From: Eledone cirrhosa
Lineage: Eukaryota
Direction of reading: 5' to 3'
Assembly: GCA_964016885.1 (NCBI GenBank)
Contig: OZ024740.1
Location: 1,302,001-1,366,000 of the forward strand
Length of the DNA: 64,000 bases
A program made the translations under genes and the position numbers. Below, piece after piece: positions 10,401-25,400 of this stretch. Numbering within the stretch: the stretch's first letter is position 1; each line of letters begins with the position of its first letter. Below the pieces are notes generated by a model, which did not search any database, had not been told where the DNA came from, and saw only the letters and a program-made list of their open reading frames with translations.

Positions 10401-13400
10401 TTTAACAGTCAGATGTTTGGTTGTATGGTTTAACAGTCAGTTGTTTGGTGGTATGGTTTAAAAGTCAGATGTTTGGTGGTATGGTTTAACAGTCAGATGT
10501 TTGGTGGTATGGTTTAACAGTCACATGTTTGGTGGTATGGTTTAACAATCAGATCTGATGTTTGGTGGTATGGTTTAACAGTCAGTTGTTTGGTGGTATG
10601 GTTTAACAGTCAGATGTTTGGTGGTATGGTTTAACAGTCAGATGTTTGGTGGTATGGTTTAACAGTCAGATGTTTGGTGGTATGGTTTAACAGTCAGTTG
10701 TTTGGTGGTATGGTTTAACAGTCAGATGTTTGGTGGTATGGTTTAACAGTCAGTTGTTTGGTGGTATGGTTTAACAGTCAGATGTTTGGTGGTATAGTTT
10801 AACAGTCAGTTGTTTGGTGGTATGGTTTAACAGTCAGATGTTTGGTGGTATGGTTTAACAGTCAGTTGTTTGGTGGTATGGTTTAACAGTCACATGTTTG
10901 GTGGTATGGTTTAACAGTCAGTTGTTTGGTGGTATGGTTTAACAGTCAGTTGTTTGGTAGTATGGTTTAACAGTCAGATGTTTGGTGGTATGGTTTAACA
11001 GTCAGATGTTTGGTGGTATGGGTTAACAGTCAGTTGTTTGGTGGTATGGTTTAACAGTCAGTTGTTTGGTGGTATGGTTTAACAGTCACATGTTTGGTGG
11101 TATGGTTTAACAGTCAGTTGTTTGGTGGTATGGTTTAACAGTCAGATGTTTGTTGGTATGGTTTAACAGTCAGTTGTTTGGTGGTATGGTTTAACAGTCA
11201 GTTGTTTGGTGGTATGGTTTAACAGTCAGATGTTTGGTGGTATGGTTTAACAGTCAGTTGTTTGGTGGTATGGTTTAACAGTCAGTTGTTTGGTGGTATG
11301 GTTTAACAGTCAGTTGTTTGGTGGTATGGTTTAACAGTCAGTTGTTTGGTGGTATGGTTTAACAGTCAGATGTTTGGTGGTATGGTTTAACAGTCAGTTG
11401 TTTGGTGGTATGGTTTAACAGTCAGTTGTTTGCTGGTATGGTTTAACAGTCAGTTGTTTGGTGGTATGGTTTAACAGTCAGATGTTTGGTGGTATGGTTT
11501 AACAGTCAGTTGTTTGGTGGTATGGGTTAACAGTCAGATGTTTGGTGGTATGGTTTAACAGTCAGTTGTTTGGTGGTATGGTTTAACAGTCAGATGTTTG
11601 GTGGTATGGTTTAACAGTCAGATGTTTGGTGGTATGGTTTAACAGTCACATGTTTGGTGGTATCGTTTAACAGTCAGTTGTTTGGTGGTATGGTTTAACA
11701 GTCAGTTGTTTGGTGGTATGGTTTAACAGTCAGATGTTTGGTGGTATGGTTTAACAGTCAGTTGTTTGGTGGTATGGTTTAACAGTCAGATGTTTGGTGG
11801 TATGGTTTAACAGTTAGATGTTTGGTGGTATGGTTTAACAGTCAGATGTTTTGTGGTACGGTTTAACAGTCAGATGTTTGGTGGTATGGTTTAACAGTCA
11901 GATGTTTGGTGGTATGGTTTAACAGTCAGATGTTTGGTGGTATGGTTTAACAGTCAGATGTTTGGTGGTATGGTTTAACAGTCAGATGTTTGGTGGTATG
12001 GTTTAACAGTCAGATGTTTGGTGGTATGGTTTAACAGTCACATGTTTGGTGGTATGGTTTAACAGTCCGTTGTTTGGTGGTATGGTTTAACAGTGAGTTG
12101 TTTGGTGGTATGGTTTAACAGTCAGATGTTTGGTGGTATGGTTTAACAGTCAGTTGTTTGGTGGTATGGTTTAACAGTCAGATGTTTGGTGGTATGGTTT
12201 AAGAGTCAGTTGTTTGGTGGTATGGTTTAACAGTCAGATGTTTGGTGGTATGGTTTAACAGTCAGATGTTTGGTGGTATGGTTTAACAGTCAGATGTTTG
12301 GTGGTATGGTTTAACAGTCAGTTGTTTGGTGGTATGGTTTAACAGTCAGTTGTTTGGTGGTATGGTTTAACAGTCAGATGTTTGGTGGTATGGGTTAACA
12401 GTCAGTTGTTTGGTGGTATGGTTTAACAGTCAGTTGTTTGGTGGTATGGTTTAACAGTCACATGTTTGGTGGTATGGTTTAACAGTCAGTTGTTTGGTGG
12501 TATGGTTTAACAGTCAGTTGTTTGGTGGTATGGTTTAACATTCAGATGTTTGGTGGTATGGTTTAACAGTCAGTTGTTTGGTGGTATGGTTTAACAGTCA
12601 GATGTTTGGTGGTATGGTTTAACAGTTAGATGTTTGGTGGTATGGTTTAACAGTCAGATGTTTGGTGGTATGGTTTAACAGTCACATGTTTGGTGGTATG
12701 GTTTAACAATCAGATCTGACGTTTAGTGGTATGGTTTAACAGTCAGATGTTTGGTGGTATGGTTTAACAGTCAGTTGTTTGGTGGTATGGTTTAACAGTC
12801 AGTTGTTTGGTGGTATGGTTTAACAGTCAGATGTTTGGTGGTATGGTTTAACAGTCACATGTTTGGTGGTATGGTTTAACAGTCAGTTGTTTGGTGGTAT
12901 GGTTTAACAGTCAGATGTTTGGTGGTATGGTTTAACAGTCAGTTGTTTGGTGGTATGGTTTAAGAGTCAGATGTTTGGTGGTATGGTTTAACAGTCAGAT
13001 GTTTGGTGGTATGGTTTAACAGTCACCTGTTTGGTGGTATGGTTTAACAATCAGATCTGATGTTTGGTGGTATGGTTTAACAGTCAGTTGTTTGGTGGTA
13101 TGGTTTAACAGTCAGATGTTTGGTGGTATGGTTTAACAGTCAGATGTTTGGTGGTATGGTTTAACAGTCAGTTGTTTGGTGGTATGGTTTAACAGTCAGA
13201 TGTTTGGTGGTATGGTTTAACAGTCAGATGTTTGGTGGTATGGGTTAACAGTCAGTTGTTTGGTGGTATGGTTTAACAGTCAGTTGTTTGGTGGTATGGT
13301 TTAACAGTCAGTTGTTTGGTGGTATGGTTTAACAGTCACATGTTTGGTGGTATGGTTTAACAGTCAGTTGTTTGGTGGTATGGTTTAACAGTCAGATGTT

Positions 13401-16400
13401 TGGTGGTATGGTTTAACAGTCAGTTGTTTGGTGGTATGGTTTAACAGTCACATGTTTGGTGGTATGGTTTAACAGTCAGTTGTTTGGTGGTATGGTTTAA
13501 CAGTCAGTTGTTTGGTAGTATGGTTTAACAGTCAGATGTTTGGTGGTATGGTTTAACAGTCAGATGTTTGGTGGTATGGGTTAACAGTCAGTTGTTTGGT
13601 GGTATGGTTTAACAGTCAGTTGTTTGGTGGTATGGTTTAACAGTCACATGTTTGGTGGTATGGTTTAACAGTCAGTTGTTTGGTGGTATGGTTTAACAGT
13701 CAGATGTTTGGTGGTATGGTTTAACAGTCAGATGTTTGGTGGTATGGTTTAACAGTCAGTTGTTTGGTGGTATGGTTTAACAGTCAGATGTTTGGTGGTA
13801 TAGTTTAACAGTCAGTTGTTTGGTGGTATGGTTTAACAGTCAGATGTTTGGTGGTATGGTTTAACAGTCAGTTGTTTGGTGGTATGGTTTAACAGTCACA
13901 TGTTTGGTGGTATGGTTTAACAGTCAGTTGTTTGGTGGTATGGTTTAACAGTCAGTTGTTTGGTAGTATGGTTTAACAGTCAGATGTTTGGTGGTATGGT
14001 TTAACAGTCAGATGTTTGGTGGTATGGGTTAACAGTCAGTTGTTTGGTGGTATGGTTTAACAGTCAGTTGTTTGGTGGTATGGTTTAACAGTCACATGTT
14101 TGGTGGTATGGTTTAACAGTCAGTTGTTTGGTGGTATGGTTTAACAGTCAGTTGTTTGGTGGTATGGTTTAACAGTCAGATGTTTGGTGGTATGGTTTAA
14201 CAGTCAGTTGTTTGGTGGTATGGTTTAACAGTCAGATGTTTGGTGGTATGGTTTAACAGTTAGATGTTTGGTGGTATGGTTTAACAGTCAGATGTTTGGT
14301 GGTATGGTTTAACAGTCACATGTTTGGTGGTATGGTTTAACAATCAGATCTGATGTTTGGTGGTATGGTTTAACAGTCAGATGTTTGGTGATATGGTTTA
14401 ACAGTCAGTTGTTTGGTGGTATGGTTTAACAGTCAGTTGTTTGGTGGTATGGTTTAACAGTCAGATGTGTGGTGGTATGGTTTAACAGTCACATGTTTGG
14501 TGGTATGGTTTAACAGTCAGTTGTTTGGTGGTATGGTTTAACAGTCAGATGTTTGGTGGTATGGTTTAACAGTCAGTTGTTTGGTGGTATGGTTTAAGAG
14601 TCAGATGTTTGGTGGTATGGTTTAACAGTCAGTTGTTTGGTGGTATGGTTTAACAGTCAGATGTTTGGTGGTATGGTTTAACAGTCAGTTGTTTGGTGGT
14701 ATGGTTTAACAGTCAGTTGTTTGGTGGTATGGTTTAACAGTCAGTTGTTTGGTGGTATGGTTTAACAGTCAGATGTTTGGTGGTATGGTTTTAACAGTAA
14801 GTTGTTTGGTGGTATGGTTTAACAGTCAGGTGTTTGGTAGTATGGTTTAACAGTCAGTTGTTTGGTGGTATGGTTTAACAGTCAGATGTTTGGTGGTATG
14901 GTTTAACAGTCAGATGTTTGGTGGTATGGTTTAACAGTCACATGTTTGGTGGTATGGTTTAACAGTCAGTTGTTTGGTGGTATGGTTTAACAGTCAGTTG
15001 TTTGGTGGTATGGTTTAACAGTCAGATGTTTGGTGGTATGGTTTAACAGTCAGTTGTTTGGTGGTATGGTTTAAGAGTCAGATGTTTGGTGGTATGGTTT
15101 AACAGTCAGTTGTTTGGTGGTATGGTTTAACAGTCAGTTGTTTGGTGGTATGGTTTAACAGTCTGTTGTTTGGTGGTATGGTTTAACAGTCAGTTGTTTG
15201 GTGGTATGGTTTAACAGTCAGTTCTTTGGTGGTATGGTTTAACAGTCAGATGTTTGGTGGTATGGTTTAACAGTCAGTTGTTTGGTGGTCTGGTTTAACA
15301 GTCAGTTGTTTGGTGGTATGGTTTAACAGTCAGTTGTTTGGTGGTATGGTTTAACAGTCAGATGTTTGGTGGTATGGTTTAACAGTCAGTTGTTTGTTGG
15401 TATGGTTTAACAGTCAGTTGTTCGGTGGTATGGTTTAACAGTCAGATGTTTGGTGGTATGGTTTAACAGTCAGTTGTTTGGTGGTATGGTTTAACAGTCA
15501 GTTGTTTGGTGGTATGGTTTAACAGTCAGTTGTTTGGTGGTATGGTTTAACAGTCAGTTGTTTGGTGGTATGGTTTAACAGTCAGTTGTTTGGTGGTATG
15601 GTTTAACAGTCAGATGTTTGGTGGTATGGTTTAACAGTCAGTTGTTTGGTGGTATGGTTTAACAGTCAGTTGTTTGGTGGTATGGTTTAACAGTCAGTTG
15701 TTTGGTGGTATGGTTTAACAGTCAGATGTTTGGTGGTATGGTTTAACAGTCAGTTGTTTGGTGGTATGGGTTAACAGTCAGATGTTTGGTGGTATGGTTT
15801 AACAGTCAGTTGTTTGGTGGTATGGTTTAACAGTCAGATGTTTGGTGGTATGGTTTAACAGTCAGATGTTTGGTGGTATGGTTTAACAGTCACATGTTTG
15901 GTGGTATCGTTTAACAGTCAGTTGTTTGGTGGTATGGTTTAACAGTCAGTTGTTTGGTGGTATGGTTTAACAGTCAGATGTTTGGTGGTATGGTTTAACA
16001 GTCAGTTGTTTGGTGGTATGGTTTAACAGTCAGATGTTTGGTGGTATGGTTTAACAGTTAGATGTTTGGTGGTATGGTTTAACAGTCAGATGTTTGGTGG
16101 TATGGTTTAACAGTCAGATGTTTGGTGGTATGGTTTAACAGTCAGATGTTTGGTGGTATGGTTTAACAGTCAGATGTTTGGTGGTATGGTTTAACAGTCA
16201 GATGTTTGGTGGTATGGTTTAACAGTCAGATGTTTGGTGGTATGGTTTAACAGTCAGATGTTTGGTGGTATGGTTTAACAGTCACATGTTTGGTGGTATG
16301 GTTTAACAGTCCGTTGTTTGGTGGTATGGTTTAACAGTGAGTTGTTTGATGGTATGGTTTAACAGTCAGATGTTTGGTGGTATGGTTTAACAGTCAGTTG

Positions 16401-19400
16401 TTTGGTGGTATGGTTTAACAGTCAGATGTTTGGTGGTATGGTTTAAGAGTCAGTTGTTTGGTGGTATGGTTTAACAGTCAGATGTTTGGTGGTATGGTTT
16501 AACAGTCAGATGTTTGGTGGTATGGTTTAACAGTCACATGTTTGGTGGTATGGTTTAACAGTCAGTTGTTTGGTGGTATGGTTTAACAGTCAGTTGTTTG
16601 GTGGTATGGTTTAACAGTCAGATGTTTGGTGGTATGGGTTAACAGTCAGTTGTTTGGTGGTATGGTTTAACAGTCAGTTGTTTGTGGTATGGTTTAACAG
16701 TCACATGTTTGGTGGTATGGTTTAACAGTCAGTTGTTTGGTGGTATGGTTTAACAGTCAGTTGTTTGGTGGTATTGTTTAACAGTCAGATGTTTGGTGGT
16801 ATGGTTTAACAGTCAGTTGTTTGGTGGTATGGTTTAACAGTCAGATGTTTGGTGGTATGGTTTAACAGTCACATGTTTGGTGGTATGGTTTAGCAATCAG
16901 ATCTGATGTTTGGTGGTATGGTTTAACAGTCAGATGTTTGGTGGTATGGTTTAACAGTCAGTTGTTTGGTGGTATGGTTTAACAGTCAGTTGTTTGGTGG
17001 TATGGTTTAACAGTCAGATGTTTGGTGGTATGGTTTAACAGTCACATGTTTGGTGGTATGGTTTAACAGTCAGTTGTTTGGTGGTATGGTTTAACAGTCA
17101 GATGTTTGGTGGTATGGTTTAACAGTCAGTTGTTTGGTGGTATGGTTTAAGAGTCAGATGTTTGGTGGTATGGTTTAACAGTCAGATGTTTGGTGGTATG
17201 GTTTAACAGTCACATGTTCGGTGGTATGGTTTAACAATCAGATCTGATGTTTGGTGGTATGGTTTAACAGTCAGTTGTTTGGTGGTATGGTTTAACAGTC
17301 AGATGTTTGGTGGTATGGTTTAACAGTCAGATGTTTGGTGGTATGCTTTAACAGTCAGTTGTTTGGTGGTATGGTTTAACAGTCAGATGTTTGGTGGTAT
17401 AGTTTAACAGTCAGTTGTTTGGTGGTATGATTTAACAGTCAGATGTTTGGTGGTATGGTTTAACAGTCAGTTGTTTGGTGGTATGGTTTAACAGTCACAT
17501 GTTTGGTGGTATGGTTTAACAGTCAGTTGTTTGGTGGTATGGTTTAACAGTCAGTTGTTTGATAGTATGGTTTAACAGTCAGATGTTTGGTGGTATGGTT
17601 TAACAGTCAGATGTTTGGTGGTATGGGTTAACAGTCAGTTGTTTGGTGGTATGGTTTAACAGTCAGTTGTTTGGTGGTATGGTTTAACAGTCACATGTTT
17701 GGTGGTATGGTTTAACAGTCAGTTGTTTGGTGGTATGGTTTAACAGTCAGATGTTTGGTGGTATGGTTTAACAGTCAGATGTTTGGTGGTATGGTTTAAC
17801 AGTCAGTTGTTTGGTGGTATGGTTTAACAGTCAGATGTTTGGTGGTATGGTTTAACAGTCAGTTGTTTGGTGGTATGGTTTAACAGTCAGATGTTTGGTG
17901 GTATGGTTTAACAGTCAGTTGTTTGGTGGTATGGTTTAACAGTCACATGTTTGGTGGTATGGTTTAACAGTCAGTTGTTTGGTGGTATGGTTTAACAGTC
18001 AGTTGTTTGGTAGTATGGTTTAACAGTCAGATGTTTGGTGGTATGGTTTAACAGTCAGATGTTTGGTGGTATGGGTTAACAGTCAGTTGTTTGGTGGTAT
18101 GGTTTAACAGTCAGTTGTTTGGTGGTATGGTTTAACAGTCACATGTTTGGTGGTATGGTTTAACAGTCAGTTGTTTGGTGGTATGGTTTAACAGTCAGAT
18201 GTTTGGTGGTATGGTTTAACAGTCAGTTGTTTGGTGGTATGGTTTAACAGTCAGATGTTGGGTGGTATGGTTTAACAGTTAGATGTTTGGTGGTATGGTT
18301 TAACAGTCAGATGTTTGGTGGTATGGTTTAACAGTCACATGTTTGGTGGTATGGTTTAACAATCAGATCTGATGTTTGGTGGTATGGTTTAACAGTCAGA
18401 TGTTTGGTGGTATGGTTTAACAGTCAGTTGTTTGGTGGTATGGTTTAACAGTCAGTTGTTTGGTGGTATGGTTTAACAGTCAGATGTTTGGTGGTATGGT
18501 TTAACAGTCACATGTTTGGTGGTATGGTTTAACAGTCAGTTGTTTGGTGGTATGGATTAACAGTCAGATGTTTGGTGGTATGGTTTAACAGTCAGTTGTT
18601 TGGTGGTATGGTTTAAGAGTCAGATGTTTGGTGGTATGGTTTAACAGTCAGATGTTTGGTGGTATGGTTTAACAGTCACATGTTTGGTGGTATGGTTTAA
18701 CAATCAGATCTGATGTTTGGTGGTATGGTTTAACAGTCAGTTGTTTGGTGGTATGGTTTAACAGTCAGATGTTTGGTGGTATGGTTTAACAGTCAGATGT
18801 TTGGTGGTATGGTTTAACAGTCAGTTGTTTGGTGGTATGGTTTAACAGTCAGATGTTTGGTGGTATGGTTTAACAGTCAGATGTTTGGTGGTATGGTTTA
18901 ACAGTCAGTTGTTTGGTGGTATGGTTTAACAGTCAGATGTTTGGTGGTATAGTTTAACAGTCAGTTGTTTGGTGGTATGGTTTAACAGTCAGATGTTTGG
19001 TGGTATGGTTTAACAGTCAGTTGTTTGGTGGTATGGTTTAACAGTCACATGTTTGGTGGTATGGTTTAACAGTCAGTTGTTTGGTGGTATGGTTTAACAG
19101 TCAGTTGTTTGGTAGTATGGTTTAACAGTCAGATGTTTGGTGGTATGGTTTAACAGTCAGATGTTTGGTGGTATGGTTTAACAGTCAGATGTTTGGTGGT
19201 ATGGTTTAACAGTCAGATGTTTGGTGGTATGTTTTAACAGTCAGTTGTTTGGTGGTATGGTTTAACAGTCAGTTGTTTGGTAGTATGGTTTAACAGTCAG
19301 ATGTTTGGTGGTATGGTTTAACAGTCAGATATTTGGTGGTATGGTTTAACAGTCAGATGTTTGGTGGTATGGTTTAACAGTCAGATGTTTGGTGGTATGG

Positions 19401-22400
19401 TTTAACAGTCAGATGTTTGGTGGTATGGTTTAACAGTCAGTTGTTTGGTGGTATGGTTTAACAATCAGATCTGATGTTCGGTGGTATGGTTTAAGAGTCA
19501 GATGTTTGGTGGTATGGTTTAAGAGTCAGATGTTTGGTGGTATGGTTTAACAGTCAGATGTTTGGTGGTATGGTTTAACAGTCAGTTGTTTGGTGGTATG
19601 GTTTAACAGTCACATGTTTGGTGGTATGGTTTAACAGTCAGTTGTTTGGTGGTATGGTTTAACAGTCAGTTGTTTGGTAGTATGGTTTAACAGTCAGATG
19701 TTTGGTGGTATGGTTTAACAGTCAGATGTTTGGTGGTATGGTTTAACAGTCAGATGTTTGGTGGTATGGTTTAACAGTCAGATGTTTGGTGGTATGGTTT
19801 AACAGTCAGTTGTTTGGTGGTATGGTTTAACAGTCAGTTGTTTGGTAGTATGGTTTAACAGTCAGATGTTTGGTGGTATGGTTTAACAGTCAGATGTTTG
19901 GTGGTATGGTTTAACAGTCAGATGCTTGGTGGTATGGTTTAACAGTCAGATGTTTGGTGGTATGGTTTAACAGTCAGATGTTTGGTGGTATGGTTTAACA
20001 GTCAGTTGTTTGGTGGTATGGTTTAACAATCAGATCTGATGTTCGGTGGTATGGTTTAAGAGTCAGATGTTTGGTGGTATGGTTTAAGAGTCAGATGTTT
20101 GGTGGTATGGTTTAACAGTCAGATGTTTGGTGGTATGGTTTAACAGTCAGTTGTTTGGTGGTATGGTTTAGCAGTCAGATGTTTGGTGGTATGGTTTAAC
20201 AGTCAGATATTTGGTGGTATGGTTTAACAGGCAGATGTTAGGTGGTATGGTTTAACAGTCAGATGTTTGGTGGTATGGTTTAACAGTCAGATGTTTGGTG
20301 GTATGGTTTAACAGTCAGATGTTTGGTGGTATGGTTTAACAGTCAGTTGTTTGGTGGTATGGTTTAACAGTCAGATGTTTGGTGGTATGGTTTAACAGTC
20401 AGATGTTTGGTGGTATGGTTTAACAGTCAGATGTTTGGTGGTATGGTTTAACAGTCACATGTTTGGTGGTATGGTTTAACAGTCAGATGTTTGGTGGTAT
20501 GGTTTAACAGTCAGATGTTTGGTGGTATGGTTTAACAGTCAGATGTTTGGTGGTATGGTTTAACAGTCAGTTGTTTGGTGGTATGGTTTAACAGTCAGTT
20601 GTTTGGTGGTATGGTTTAACAGTCAGATGTTTGGTGGTATGGTTTAACAGTCAGATGTTTGGTGGTATGGTTTAACAGTCAGTTGTTTGGTGGTATGGTT
20701 TAACAGTCAGATATTTGGTGGTATGGTTTAACAGTCAGTTGTTTGGTGGTATGGTTTAACAGTCAGTTGTTTGGTGGTATGGTTTAACAGTCAGTTGTTT
20801 GGTGGTATGGTTTAACAGTCAGTTGTTTGGTGGTATGGTTTAACAGTCAGTTGTTTGGTGGTATGGTTTAACAGTCAGATGTTTGGTGGTATGGTTTAAC
20901 AGTCAGTTGTTTGGTGGTATGGTTTAACAGTCAGTTGTTTGGTGGTATGGTTTAACAGTCAGTTGTTTGGTGGTATGGTTTAACAGTCAGATGTTTGGTG
21001 GTATGGTTTAACAGTCAGTTGTTTGGTGGTATGGTTTAACAGTCAGATGTTTGGTAGTATGGTTTAACAGTCAGTTGTTTGGTGGTATGGTTTAACAGTC
21101 AGATGTTTGGTGGTATGGTTTAACAGTCAGATGTTTGGTGGTATGGTTTAACAGTCACATGTTTGGTGGTATGGTTTAACAGTCAGTTGTTTGGTGGTAT
21201 GGTTTAACAGTCAGTTGTTTGGTGGTATGGTTTAACAGTCAGATGTTTGGTGGTATGGTTTAACAGTCAGTTGTTTGGTGGTATGGTTTAACAATCAGAT
21301 CTGATGTTCGGTGGTATGGTTTAAGAGTCAGATGTTTGGTGGTATGGTTTAAGAGTCAGATGTTTGGTGGTATGGTTTAACAGTCAGATGTTTGGTGGTA
21401 TGGTTTAACAGTCAGTTGTTTGGTGGTATAGTTTAGCAGTCAGATGTTTGGTGGTATGGTTTAACAGTCAGATATTTGGTGGTATGGTTTAACAGGCAGA
21501 TGTTAGGTGGTATGGTTTAACAGTCAGATGTTTGGTGGTATGGTTTAACAGTCAGATGTTTGGTGGTATGGTTTAACAGTCAGATGTTTGGTGGTATGGT
21601 TTAACAGTCAGTTGTTTGGTGGTGTGGTTTAACAGTCAGATGTTTGGTGGTATGGTTTAACAGTCAGATGTTTGGTGGTATGGTTTAACAGTCAGATGTT
21701 TGGTGGTATGGTTTAACAGTCACATGTTTGGTGGTATGGTTTAACAGTCAGTTGTTTGGTGGTGTGGTTTAACAGTCAGATGTTTGGTGGTATGGTTTAA
21801 CAGTCAGATGTTTGGTGGTATGGTTTAACAGTCAGATGTTTGGTGGTATGGTTTAACAGTCAGATGTTTGGTGGTATGGTTTAACAGTCAGTTGTTTGGT
21901 GGTATGGTTTAACAGTCAGTTGTTTGGTGGTATGGTTTAACAGTCAGATGTTTGGTGGTATGGTTTAACAGTCAGATGTTTGGTGGTATGGTTTAACAGT
22001 CAGTTGTTTGGTGGTATGGTTTAACAGTCAGATGTTTGGTGGTATGGTTTAACAGTCAGTTGTTTGGTGGTATGGTTTAACAGTCAGTTGTTTGGTGGTA
22101 TGGTTTAACAGTCAGTTGTTTGGTGGTATGGTTTAACAGTCAGTTGTTTGGTGGTATGGTTTAACAGTCAGTTGTTTGGTGGTATGGTTTAACAGTCAGA
22201 TGTTTGGTGGTATGGTTTAACAGTCAGTTGTTTGGTGGTATGGTTTAACAGTCAGTTGTTTGGTGGTATGGTTTAACAGTCAGTTGTTTGGTGGTATGGT
22301 TTAACAGTCAGATGTTTGGTGGTATGGTTTAACAGTCAGTTGTTTGGTGGTATGGTTTAACAGTCAGATGTTTGGTAGTATGGTTTAACAGTCAGTTGTT

Positions 22401-25400
22401 TGGTGGTATGGTTTAACAGTCAGATGTTTGGTGGTATGGTTTAACAGTCAGATGTTTGGTGGTATGGTTTAACAGTCACATGTTTGGTGGTATGGTTTAA
22501 CAGTCAGTTGTTTGGTGGTATGGTTTAACAGTCAGTTGTTTGGTGGTATGGTTTAACAGTCAGATGTTTGGTGGTATGGTTTAACAGTCAGTTGTTTGGT
22601 GGTATGGTTTAACAGTCAGATGTTTGGTGGTATGGTTTAACAGTCAGTTGTTTGGTGGTATGGTTTAACAGTCAGTTGTTTGGTGGTATGGTTTAACAGT
22701 CTGTTGTTTGGTGGTATGGTTTAACAGTCAGTTGTTTGGTGGTATGGTTTAACAGTCAGTTGTTTGGTGGTATGGTTTAACAGTCAGATGTTTGGTGGTA
22801 TGGTTTAACAGTCAGTTGTTTGGTGGTATGGTTTAACAGTCAGTTGTTTGGTGGTATGGTTTAACAGTCAGTTGTTTGGTGGTATGGTTTAACAGTCAGA
22901 TGTTTGGTGGTATGGTTTAACAGTCAGTTGTTTGGTGGTATGGTTTAACAGTCAGTTGTTTGGTGGTATGGTTTAACAGTCAGTTGTTTGGTGGTATGGT
23001 TTAACAGTCAGATGTTTGGTGGTATGGTTTAACAGTCAGTTGTTTGGTGGTATGGTTTAACAGTCAGTTGTTTGGTGGTATGGTTTAACAGTCAGTTGTT
23101 TGGTGGTATGGTTTAACAGTCAGTTGTTTGGTGGTATGGTTTAACAGTCAGTTGTTTGGTGGTATGGTTTAACAGTCAGATGTTTGGTGGTATGGTTTAA
23201 CAGTCAGTTGTTTGGTGGTATGGTTTAACAGTCAGTTGTTTGGTGGTATGGTTTAACAGTCAGTTGTTTGGTGGTATGGTTTAACAGTCAGATGTTTGGT
23301 GGTATGGTTTAACAGTCAGTTGTTTGGTGGTATGGGTTAACAGTCAGATGTTTGGTGGTATGGTTTAACAGTCAGTTGTTTGGCGGTATGGTTTAACAGT
23401 CAGATGTTTGGTGGTATGGTTTAACAGTCAGATGTTTGGTGGTATGGTTTAACAGTCACATGTTTGGTGGTATCGTTTAACAGTCAGTTGTTTGGTGGTA
23501 TGGTTTAACAGTCAGTTGTTTGGTGGTATGGTTTAACAGTCAGATGTTTGGTGGTATGGTTTAACAGTCAGATGTTTGGTGGTATGGTTTAACAGTCAGA
23601 TGTTTGGTGGTATGGTTTAACAGTCAGATGTTTGGTGGTATGGTTTAACAGTCAGATGTTTGGTGGTATGGTTTAACAGTCAGATGTTTGGTGGTATGGT
23701 TTAACAGTCAGTTGTTTGGTGGTATGGTTTAACAGTCAGATGTTTGGTGGTATGGTTTAAGAGTCAGTTGTTTGGTGGTATGGTTTAACAGTCAGATGTT
23801 TGGTGGTATGGTTTAACAGTCAGATGTTTGGTGGTATGGTTTAACAGTCACATGTTTGGTGGTATGGTTTAACAGTCAGTTGTTTGGTGGTATGGTTTAA
23901 CAGTCAGTTGTTTGGTGGTATGGTTTAACAGTCAGATGTTTGGTGGTATGGGTTAACAGTCAGTTGTTTGGTGGTATGGTTTAACAGTCAGTTGTTTGGT
24001 GGTATGGTTTAACAGTCACATGTTTGGTGGTATGGTTTAACAGTCAGTTGTTTGGTGGTATGGTTTAACAGTCAGTTGTTTGGTGGTATGGTTTAACAGT
24101 CAGATGTTTGGTGGTATGGTTTAACAGTCAGTTGTTTGGTGGTATGGTTTAACAGTCAGATGTTTGGTGGTATGGTTTAACAGTTAGATGTTTGGTGGTA
24201 TGGTTTTAACAGTCAGATGTTTGGTGGTATGGTTTAACAGTCACATGTTTGGTGGTATGGTTTAACAATCAGATCTGATGTTTGGTGGTATGGTTTAACA
24301 GTCAGATGTTTGGTGGTATGGTTTAACAGTCAGTTGTTTGGTGGTATGGTTTAACAGTCAGTTGTTTGGTGGTATGGTTTAACAGTCAGATGTTTGGTGG
24401 TATGGTTTAACAGTCACATGTTTGGTGGTATGGTTTAACAGTCAGTTGTTTGGTGGTATGGTTTAACAGTCAGATGTTTGGTGGTATGGTTTAACAGTCA
24501 GTTGTTTGGTGGTATGGTTTAAGAGTCAGATGTTTGGTGGTATGGTTTAGCAGTCATATGTTTGGTGGTATGGTTTAACAGTCACATGTTTGGTGGTATG
24601 GTTTAACAATCAGATCTGATGTTTGGTGGTATGGTTTAACAGTCAGTTGTTTGGTGGTATGGTTTAACAGTCAGATGTTTGGTGGTATGGTTTAACAGTC
24701 AGATGTTTGGTGGTATGGTTTAACAGTCAGTTGTTTGGTGGTATGGTTTAACAGTCAGATGTTTGGTGGTATAGTTTAACAGTCAGTTGTTTGGTGGTAT
24801 GGTTTAACAGTCAGATGTTTGGTGGTTTGGTTTAACAGTCAGTTGTTTGGTGGTATGGTTTAACAGTCACATGTTTGGTGGTATGGTTTAACAGTCAGTT
24901 GTTTGGTGGTATGGTTTAACAGTCAGTTGTTTGGTAGTATGGTTTAACAGTCAGATGTTTGGTGGTATGGTTTAACAGTCAGATGTTTGGTGGTATGGTT
25001 TAACAGTCAGATGTTTGGTGGTATGGTTTAACAGTCAGATGTTTGGTGGTATGGTTTAACAGTCAGTTGTTTGGTGGTATGGTTTAACAGTCAGTTGTTT
25101 GGTAGTATGGTTTAACAGTCAGATGTTTGGTGGTATGGTTTAACAGTCAGATTTTTGGTGGTATGGTTTAACAGTCAGATGTTTGGTGGTATGGTTTAAC
25201 AGTCAGATGTTTGGTGGTATGGTTTAACAGTCAGATGTTTGGTGGTATGGTTTAACAGTCAGTTGTTTGGTGGTATGGTTTAACAATCAGATCTGATGTT
25301 CGGTGGTATGGTTTAAGAGTCAGATGTTTGGTGGTATGGTTTAAGAGTCAGATGTTTGGTGGTATGGTTTAAGAGTCAGATGTTTGGTGGTATGGTTTAA